Shown: one piece after another, positions 1-9,190 of the stretch
Layout of the letters: every line of letters begins with the position of its first letter
Numbering within the stretch: position 1 is the stretch's first letter
Source of the DNA: Tubiluchus corallicola
Lineage: Eukaryota; Animalia; Priapulida
NCBI GenBank assembly: GCA_030141605.1
Contig: JAQGDQ010000033.1
Coordinates: 923,214 to 987,213, forward strand
Direction of reading: 5' to 3'
Length of the DNA stretch: 64,000 bases
Program-made: the position numbers and the translations under genes
Notes under the pieces: generated by a model
What the model saw: the letters and a program-made list of their open reading frames with translations, nothing else
Database searches by the model: none
What the model was told of the DNA's origin: nothing

Positions 1-222
1 CAATCCCGCCTGCTCCACAAATCTTATAGTTCTAAAACTAACAGACTGCAGAATCTGTAATTTGAAAGAGGTTCAAATATCAAATATTCAAATATATAAT
101 TATATATAATAACACAATGATATCCTAAATCTCCTACCCATTTCCTAATGTTATGGTCTGGACAGACAATTCTTTTCCAGAGATACTGCACGATACGGGC
201 ACTTCTATTTTCAGGAAAAGGG

Positions 223-247
223 TGGGTAGCTCTTAAAAAGAGCTTTA
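223..247 (-). other. Histone 3' stem-loop-like element with no histone ORF
   Basis: Minus strand reads TAA-AGCTCT-TTTTA-AGAGCT-ACCCA, against the histone consensus AAA-GGCTCT-TTTH-AGAGCC-ACCCA. Purine-rich GAAAATAGAAG lies about 10 nt downstream. Confidence 0.5.
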
Positions 248-519
248 TCGTGTTTTATGGGATATGACAATACAAATTTCAAATATTTTCATTATGACAG
301 CAGTCATTAACTCAGTTTTACAAATCCGCAACTGTTATCATTTGTCCGTATTTGCCTTGCATTTAAGAAATCTGTAGTGTCAAGCCGTTTTAAGTGTTAT
401 ATGGATCAGTACCTCTAGTCACTGCCTTTTTTTAAACATTACGTTCTGTATGTATCCACTTTGCGATCTGTTTGATCGTCGGATGCCTTCACATGTTCCC
501 GTTAGCTGCATGTCATGGC

Positions 520-810
520 ATCTTACAGTTGAGGCTGTTGGCTATAATATTCTAATTTTATTTATTATCAACTATTTAGTGCACTGTTATAAGTTGATGT
601 AGCTGTTGGTTTTCATGTATTATCGTTTGGTTTTTTAAAATTTCGTCTATTTCATTCCTGTATTATTGCAAATGCCTAAAACTTCATTCCTTCCGTTCTT
701 GTATTGAATAGCAGTCATGCATTCGTGTATTTCGTTCGTGTATCTTGTACCAACACTGATTGGTCCGCACACACCGCACACCCAAATGGCTATGCCATTG
801 AAGATTCCAC
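520..810 (-). mobile_element. Highly decayed GIY-YIG/Penelope-like retroelement 3' remnant (tentative)
   Basis: Frameshifted minus-strand peptides NGIAIWVCGVCGPISVG..IHECMT and INKIRIL*P(N)SLNCK resemble the IY.I.C..C...YVG and WI.KL.TL.P.GLN motifs of Penelope-type GIY-YIG endonucleases. Confidence 0.3.
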
Positions 811-1493
811 ACAATCATGTATGTCTTCATATAACTTACTATAACTAACGTTATATAACGGAATTGTAGGGCTACAGTCAACTAACTAAAATAATACCCA
901 AAGATAGAGACAGATATTTTATTTCCGAAAAAATATAGTCACCACTTAAGTAAGGACTTACAATAACGATTTTTTTATTTCAGTTTCATAACCGTACACT
1001 AGCCAGCCTTGGCTTCCATGCAAAATGACATCTTTTTCAAAATGAGATTTTTTCACAGGTGCCTAGAGACTAAAATTCAACCCAAAAGAAGATTGCAGCT
1101 TTCTCTTCAAATACAGTCTGCGTACTATTCAAATACTCTTGTAAGGTTGTTTGAAAATTACATATTTTGCTGAGGTAACATGGCACTGTCACGTGGAAAT
1201 CGCTTTTTGAATTAATAAAAGGAATTTATTTTGCACTACGATTTTAAAGTTTTCCCAACAGAAATGTGAACTTTTTAAATGCACCCCTTAGTTCTCTTCT
1301 TTGTACAATCTTGTGCATGGGAATTATTGTACAATCACAAATTATTGTAGAATGAGAATAGACTGTACTGGTCCAGTAGATGAATGATATTTTGCTTGAC
1401 CACCCAAAACCAAACGATAGTAAAAGTTTGTGACTTAAAAGTTTTTTAACAGTGAAAGATAACTTTCTTTTATAGTTAGATATCGAAACTCAC

Positions 1494-4400
1494 ATGACAT
1501 CAGATATAGTGAATGACTTCACACCAAATACATGCCCAAGTTGGTCATGACTGCAGTTTATTGTCTGAGGGTCATCTTTGTCATATAGTAGTTTCTGGGC
1601 AATGTATTGTTTCAAATACTTTAATACCTGAAAACAGAAACATGGCTCTATTTAAACAGAAAAATAGTAAGCAATTAGCTGCTTATTTTTAGTGTCTGTT
1701 TAGCACATACATTTAGTAACTTAACGGAAATTGGAACAGGGCCGAATAAAGACTTAAAACAATAAAAAAACTGCACCACAATCCAATATTTATATGCACA
1801 AATACACATGAAACAATAACAATTCAAATATTTCTAGTTGCAAAAATCAGTAGATAAAAAGACAAGAGTTGTGGCAATAACAAGAAAGACAACTGCAAAA
1901 AGAAGATGGAAGCACAAAGGCAAAAATAAACAATTAAGTTTATAATAAACAACAAAGTCGATAAAAAGCAATAGGCAAAAATGTAAAGGTAGAGATCCAA
2001 AAAGATGAATCAAAGAGAAGACAAAAAGAAAATAAGGAAAGCAATATAGGTAAAAAAGACAGAAAAGGGATATAAAAATAGCTGCAAATAGTTAAATAGG
2101 GGATATCAAAAATAGCTGCAAATAGTTGAAAAAAGATATCAAAAATAGCTGTAATACTTCAATATACTTCAATAGTTCATTACTGCAAATAGTTCAATAA
2201 TTTACAATATGTATTATGAATTTTGCTATCCTTTTTACGATTTCTTTTTGCTTTTATCTTTTTAAACACGCTCCCCTGGTCACTGAAGCTTAATTAGCTA
2301 AACAACTGGCTCAAACTGCAAATGCATGATATTTTGTCTCTCATCAATTTGCTTTTTCCAAGCACTGGTTTACTAATAAAACTGCAAGTTTGTCACATGC
2401 AGGACACCCAGCACCCCTTAAAACCCAATTTGCGTTTGATTCATTTATTTATTAGTACAAATGTTTTTTTAATGCCTGCTAAACGTTGCTTATCAAATCT
2501 TGTCTAGCACAGAGCCCCGTTTGCAGATTCTGACAACTAAAGCGGTGCTTACCAGACATGGACTATGCGTTATTGAGTAGTAGAATCACTTTCTATAGTT
2601 TTTAATGAACCTGTTTATTAGAGCTGCATTACTTTTTCTGCAGCTGTTCCTATTGATTTTTGATATGTGCACCAGGATATGCAATGACCCATATCGCACA
2701 TTCGGGAATCCGAATGTCTGGTAAATGCCGCTTATGTACAAAATTTCATCTAGAACAACTTAATTAATTATTAGCGCTGAGTTGTCTATCCACTTGCACC
2801 TACATATCTGCCACAAACTGATATGCTAAAAATGTGTTAAATTAGAGGGTCAACAAGTAAATGCCTGGCATTACTTTTCCCCTTCAAAATGCTAACAATC
2901 GAGCAACGAAAGAGATTCCAAGAAGAAAGTCATTCATGTACAAACACGTTCTAGAAAAATCTCGAGTCTAGAAGAACTTTGAACCCTGTCATAATAAACC
3001 GCGACTGTAATCCATTCAAGGTCGTCTGTTACGCCTAAATTCATAATATTATTATGACTAACAATTCACACAATTCATAGTTTTTCACACAACAAAGACA
3101 GTACTGACTTACATGTGAGCTGAAAACGGATTGAAATAAGAATGATGCAATCTAGCCAAAGCTGCCCGAGTATAGCGTCTGCCTAATGTTAGCAAGTGTG
3201 AGTGATTCATTCACAGGAACAAGTTCACACATGTCTACAAACCAACAAAAGCTCTTGCCAAAAGAAGAGCATTGGGTCATCAGCTGACATCATTGTGGAT
3301 CGATAGGACTAGAATGATAACTAATATCAGCAATTTCAGCAGTACTTGCAGCAACTAATACACCTTGCCTTAATGCGGTTTACATTTCTAAACAGCATGT
3401 GCCAAATAAAAAAGCCTATAGAAAACTTAATTAAACAGTTAAGCTTTTACTATTTCTAATTGCAATATAAATATTACTCTTCTTTTTTTGCTTATTATAA
3501 ATCAAGGTCTGAATTTTACCATTTAAATATTAATACAAGTTTAAAAATTTACAAATTGTAGCATGAAGGTACAACACTGATATGCCAGTATTCTGGTAAA
3601 TTCTTAGAATAAGTTATTTGTTATACAAAAAGACATTCAAAAGCCACAACTTTTTATATACATTTTGGACCCTTGGACTGTTACAAAATAAGACTCCCAA
3701 GACCTCCTCTTTTGGTCTGACGGGATTACGGGAATAATATAAGATGGTTTTTAAAAATGACAAGCTACCACTCTACAATGTAATTAAATTGCAACTTACA
3801 AATGATAACATGTTACTGTGATGTTAAATGATACAGTATCAAATCGATAATTATTGATGCAATTTCGTATCGCATCGAATTGATATTTTCCCACTATCGC
3901 TATCGTACCAATTTTCCAAACAAAAAATCGTTATCGTAGCGATAAAATTATGCATAGAAGTCGTATTCGTAGCGCCATAGTCGACAATTTGCAAGAAAGC
4001 TTCGCCAACACGTTTAAAAAACAAAAGTGCACCCGAAGTTTCGAAGTAGAATTTTTGGTTCACTATTAGGACTGTCACTTTTCTGCTATCCTTTTAGCCT
4101 ACTAACGTAATTGTAGTAGAGTAATTTATGTGAATCGCCTGAACATGATAGCATCTATCTAAAAGCAAGTTTGTTACAATCATGTATTTATACGAAATTA
4201 TTATTATGGCGAAATTCTTCAGTTCTTTTTGGTTCTAATTTTTAGCGCAACAATTATGGCTCAGGCTGAGTAAAGTTATAGTCAATACAGTGTGTATATG
4301 TAAAAAACCATTTCACTTTTACAAGAGGAGTTGAATCAAATGTAATAGTGACGTGTAACCATTGCAAGAAGAAATACAATTACAAAAATTCAACCACAGT

Positions 4401-7400
4401 GTTGAATAAACAGATGAAGGAGGTACATTGGTGAGTTTGCATATTGATTTTTATAATACTTAACTTAGCAATATTATAGTTTTATTTTTGTGCTAATCAT
4501 AAATATACCCAAGAGTAGCTACAGGAGCTTTTAGTAAAAATTTGCAAAGGTCTTTTGACTTTCTTCTGCACATGTTCATGTTTTTTATAATAGAACACGT
4601 TAGTAAAATGACATTGCTTTTAATAGTGCAGCTAACGTTTTTTTTTCATATAGCCTCACCCTAATGTCCCAGTAAGAAAAACAACAAAAGCTATTGTGCC
4701 AATCACAGATGTATTAATAAAAACGAATAAGCCTGTGTCAAATGCCAAAAAGGATCTTTTGAGATATGCAACAACGAAATGGATTATTGAAAGTGGTTTG
4801 CCTATACCACATGTTAAAGATCCCGAACTGAACAGTATTCTTCAAATTGCACTTTAAAATAATGAATATCAACTACCTGTCTACAAAACTATGACAAATG
4901 ATATAGAAAAAAGTTCCTAAAAATGAAGACTATTGTCAGCACAATTCTTAAGTCTGTATTAATCATGCTTTGCAATCTTCACTTAGACACAGATTAGAAA
5001 AACTAATGTTGGTATTGTCATTGCCAAGGCAAGACACATAATTCAACATTTTCATCGAAGCGCCAGTACTTTCCATGATCTTGGCGAAGCTCTTTGTGAA
5101 TCGGGGATGAAAATCAGAAATGTGTTAACAGAATGCCAAACTAGATGGAACAGCATGCTCTACATTTTAGAACGATTGCTTCGCGTTCAAACTGAAATAT
5201 CCTACTACTAAGTGCAGTAGAATGGGACAAACTGGCACAGCTGTGCAGTGTTTTAAAACCAGTTGAACACGTAACCGATTTACTTGGTGGGGGAAAATTA
5301 CGTCAGCATTAGATAAGCATAAGATTTGAATTGCTTAAGATTAGCACTGAATTGCATAACATTAATCAGTGGATGAAAGCTAACAAACTGTCTATTAACT
5401 ATAAAAAGACAAAATACATGCTGATTACGCCTGGCCGCAAAACAGACGCATATGAAAATTTCCAGATTTCAATGAATAATCAAATATTAACTAGGTCTAA
5501 AGAAATTAAATACCTCGGTATGTTCATTGATGATAACTTAACATGGTCTACACAAATAAAACACATAACCTACAAAATTAGCAAAATCAAGGGCATAATT
5601 GCGAGGATAAGACACTACGTAAATACAGATGTACTAAAACTAATATACCATGCTTTGGTTTATTCTTATCTTCACTATGGGATTCTTTCCTGGGGCACTG
5701 CATCTTCAAATACTTTAAAACCATTACAAACTCATCAAAACATTATTGTTAAGCTGATGACATTTTCTGGTAGACGGGAACATGCAACGCCATCCTACAT
5801 TAAATTGGGCCTCTTAAAACTGAATGATATCTACAAACTCGAGCTTGCAAAATTTGTATACAAATTTAAGAATAACTTACTACCAGAATTGTTTCTAAAT
5901 TACTATACGCCAGCATCTGATATTCACAGTTACAACACTAGGTTTTCTACTAGCAGTTCTTTCTTCATCGAACGATTTAATACATCTAAGGGTCAAACGT
6001 CATTAAAATATCAGGGATCAGTATTATGGAACTCCCTACCTGCTCATATAACTTCTTTACCTCTGCATTCGCTAAAAAAACAGTACGCTAAGGAACTTCT
6101 TGAAACTTACAAATAAATCAGTTTTTTGTCTATTAGAAGTACATTCTTGTGGTAACTTTTGCTGAAAAACAATTTTTTATAAGGTGCAAACTCACTTTCT
6201 ATAATGTACAATAATGAACATGCTTCTTATATTACAGGCAAACACAATCAGCAAAATGGACATAATGATTTCACTCAGAAACAATTGTAAGGTATTTTGC
6301 TTAGTAGATCGTAAATTTGTCATGGTTTTTGGTTTTTGATTTTTGTTGTTGTATTTTTGTTTTTGTATTTCTGCACGTTTATGTATTTTTTAATATAGCT
6401 GTGTCTACTGTCGTTAGCGTCCTTTTGTTTACTGTCCTTTGAGAAGGGTGGTTGACTCGATAACCTTTGGTTTTTCGCCACCCTTTCTCCTATGTTCGTT
6501 TGTATTTCTGTGTATCTTATTGTCAAATTATTGTATATCGAGGAAAATAAATTACTATGACTATTACTATTACATTAGTGTGGTTATTCCGGCGCTAAAA
6601 TATCTGCAGTGCAAATTGAAAGTTAGTGATAATGACGTCGAGTATGTGAATGTGTTTAAACTGAATTCTTGAAAGACATTGAAGATTGCATAGAAAAGTA
6701 CTGTACTACTGACATATATAGAATATTGAACGCATTCGATCCAAATTACGCAAAATATATTACAAATAAATCTTAAATTCTAGAAGAAGCATTAAAGATC
6801 ATGTTGGTTTGCTGATCTTTGGTTAAAGATCATGACAGGGACGTTCTTAGTGAGCAGCCAACATTAAATTGTGCAGAAACTGCTCACAAAACAAAGAGAA
6901 GAAAACACCTTCTTGATAGTGGCAGTGTCGAGTATGTGAATGTGTTTAAACTGAATTCTTGAAAGACACTGAAGATTGCATAGAAAAGTACAGTGCTAGT
7001 ACTGTGCTACTACTGACATATATAGAACAGCGAAGGCACTCGATTCAAATTACGCAAACTATATTACAAATAAATCTTAAATTCTAGAAGAAACATTAAA
7101 GATCATGTTGGTTTGCTGATCTTTGGTTAAAGATCATGACAGGGATGTTCTTAGTGAGCAGCCAACATTAAATTGTCCAGAAACGGCTCACAAAACAAAG
7201 AGAAGAAAACACCTTCTTGATAGTGGCAGTGAAGAACAATCTGAAGAGGAAAGTCAAGGATGTGATGATAGCCCGTTACGATTGTTAAAGAAAGGCGTTA
7301 ACGTGAGCTTATCAAATGCAAGTGAAGATGACGTGCTCTCTTTCTGGAGAAAACATATGTACTAATCATTTCATTTCCCAGTGTTAGGATTATCATCTGC

Positions 7401-8872
7401 ATTTTATCAGAGTTGACTTAAACATGCAAGCCCTTATATCATTAATCCAGATCATGAATACTACTACAATATATTAGCTATGTATTTAATTTTAACAAAT
7501 ACCTGCCTTTAGAATAAAATGTAAGTACTATATATATTACTTCAAGCATACATTGTCCTTACCTAGTCTGTTTTTACACAAACCTTTACTGTGTTTCAAG
7601 CTGAATTTGAATTCTATATAAGCGATAACACATATAGGTTTTCGTTATTTTCCTGACTACTTAGAAATTTCACTTTATTTACAAAATCACAATGAAATGC
7701 ACTGTACACAACTTGTGAATTATTTACCCAACCAACTAATATGCATTTTGTGTACATCTCATTTTTACTTTAGAACTTTTCTAAGAAGTAAAGATGGAAC
7801 CAAATACCACATGCAATTTATAACATCAGATCAACTTCCGAAAAATATTAAGAACACTGTTATTATAAATAACTGAATAACCTGAATCAATACCCTAGAT
7901 TTGCTTCCACATTACCTGTGTTCTGAGTCACCATTTCATTGTAAGGCCGACAATAAAACATTTCTGTTTCCATCTAGTTACCCGGGATAATATTTTTTAT
8001 TGCACAACAGGCCAGGAATCTTATATAATTTTTTGCACCTTCATATACTTACCTGATGCAGTCACAAAAAACTGTATTTTTTTAAATTTAAAACGTTAAA
8101 CAAATAATCATTATAACATCATTATTTTGGTGAGGATGCAGCCATGTTCTTCTACTGCTAACTCTCAGCCAGGGTTGCCGCTTTATATGATGCTGATTAT
8201 CGGATTGGAAGCAAAAAGTATCGTATTTTCCACCAAATCAGCGTAGTAACGGCTAAGTAGTGTTTCCACTTATACAACAACTATCATAAAATGTGTTTAT
8301 ACTGTACAAAAGAGACTATATGATAATCGATAATTATATGATAATTTAATTATACGAAACCAAAAAACTAAAAAAGAAATTATAAACAAAGTACATTGAA
8401 AAAATTTAAAACATTACTGCTAACCAGTTGGAAATAAACAAATTTGATTTCAACTGATTTTAAATATTCCACAATTTAGCTTTAAACATTCACAAAGCTT
8501 TGAGTTTTCATATACTTACCTGAGTCACTCACGAAAAACAAATTTTTTTTAAATTCAAAACGTAAAATGCAATAATTATTATAACATTATTGTTTTGGCG
8601 AAGACACAACCATGTTTTTAACTCCCTACCCATCTTTTGACTCATGAGATAAGACAGAAACAATTTATTCTGTGGTCGACATAAGGTGTAACCGGATAAT
8701 GGCTTTGAGCATCTGCTATATTTTATAATTATCAATTATCAGCAGAAAAAATGCAAACCTCTGTCCTAGTAAGTTTATCTTTTAGTGCTCCTCCCTCACG
8801 AAGAATATCTAGAAACTGAATGTTTGGCTGAAGTAAGTTGTGTAATTCACTTTCAAACTGCGTTAGCGACAT
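1494..8872 (-). CDS. MDM2: MDM2/MDM4-like E3 ligase, N-terminal p53-binding SWIB domain. Two coding exons identified (8872-8759, 1627-1494); the gene continues past the left edge of the window.
   Basis: Manual translation. Exon 8872-8759 = MSLTQFESELHNLLQPNIQFLDILREGGALKDKLTRTE (acceptor ggtttcag at 8891, in-frame TGA upstream of the ATG, donor GAG|gtttgc). Exon 1627-1494 = VLKYLKQYIAQKLLYDKDDPQTINCSHDQLGHVFGVKSFTISDV (ttttcag| ... |gtgagt). Aligns without gaps to human MDM2 [70 protein letters not shown] (recalled), about 21/44 identities in the second exon. Downstream exons were not identified. Confidence 0.88.
2541..2732. mobile_element. MITE with about 19-bp terminal inverted repeats
   Basis: Left end AGCGGTGCTTACCAGACAT; right end ATGTCTGGTAAATGCCGCT (reverse complement AGCGGCATTTACCAGACAT); TA-containing flanks. 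Confidence 0.6.
3217..3236. promoter_or_regulatory. Candidate p53-family response element in the MDM intron
   Basis: GAACAAGTTC-ACACATGTCT: two RRRCWWGYYY half-sites, zero spacer, 19/20 match. Confidence 0.55.
5313..6572 (+). mobile_element. 5'-truncated non-LTR retrotransposon (L2/Crack-like, CR1 group): RT C-terminus plus 3'UTR
   Basis: ORF 5331-6116 with LSINYKKTKYM, IKYLGMFIDDNLTW, YHALVYSYLHYGILSWG and HSYNTR. AATAAA at 6546 followed by a (TTACTA)-like tail. Flanked by direct repeats CATTAG at 5307-5312 and 6573-6578. Confidence 0.9.
6637..7230 (+). repeat. Tandem duplication of about 290/304 bp inside the hAT remnant
   Basis: 6637-6926 and 6927-7230 both run GTCGAGTATGTGAATG...CTTGATAGTGGCAGT, with several substitutions and a 14-bp insertion in copy 2. 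Confidence 0.9.
8041..8617. repeat. Two diverged direct repeats of about 110 bp (8041-8148, 8508-8617), each beginning TCATATACTTACCTGA
   Basis: Visual alignment of CATATACTTACCTGA...TTTTTTTAAATT.AAAACGT.AAA..ATAAT.ATTATAACAT.ATT.TTTTGG.GA.GA..CA.CCATGTT. Confidence 0.75.
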
Positions 8873-9161
8873 AGGAAATTTGCATCAGTATCTGAAACCG
8901 GAAAATTAAATCGAATTATAAAACTTTGATATCGAACTAGAATGCACTGATTCTATCTAGAGGTGTTTGCTATGACAAAATGATTCTCGATAGTCAATAT
9001 TTGGTCGCTATTGTACATCAATCACAATATGAATATCAAAGTTATGTACAGGCCTCGAAATTTCAAAAAATTATCAAACCCAAAACACATTTTCTTTTGG
9101 TCAATTGGTTACCTAAAATTTTTGGAGTTTCCAGTTAAAGAGATGTGATAATACTTTGTGT

Positions 9162-9190
9162 GCACGCACGCACACACACACACACACACA
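9162..9190. repeat. (CA)n microsatellite
   Basis: gcacgcacgcacacacacacacacacaca. Confidence 0.9.

Larger units (their letters stand above)
3817..7400 (+). mobile_element. Dead hAT DNA transposon (ZBED1/Ac-like transposase pseudogene), interrupted by a LINE; boundaries approximate
   Basis: Fragments KWIIESGLPIPHVKDPEL (~4780), ARHIIQHFHRS..ECQTRWNSMLYILERLL (~5030-5180, hAT TRWNS motif), EWDKLAQLCSVLKPVEHVTDLLGG, ISVVIPALKYL (~6575) and DDVLSFW (~7330, start of the dimerisation domain). Many stops and frameshifts. CpG-rich TATCG subterminal repeats at 3835-3990. Confidence 0.85.

Noticed and set aside
138-542. Open minus-strand segments (about 542-444 and 204-138) as further MDM exons
   Set aside because: Splice-like boundaries exist, but there is no recognisable MDM similarity and they overlap probable retroelement debris; not called.
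3113-3386. Coding exon of MDM
   Set aside because: Stops in all three frames; the matching upstream SWIB exon was found at 8872-8759.
8045-8522. ATACTTACCTG (U1 snRNA 5' end) at 8045 and 8512
   Set aside because: The following sequence has no U1 stem-loops or Sm site; better read as the reverse complement of a consensus 5' splice site.
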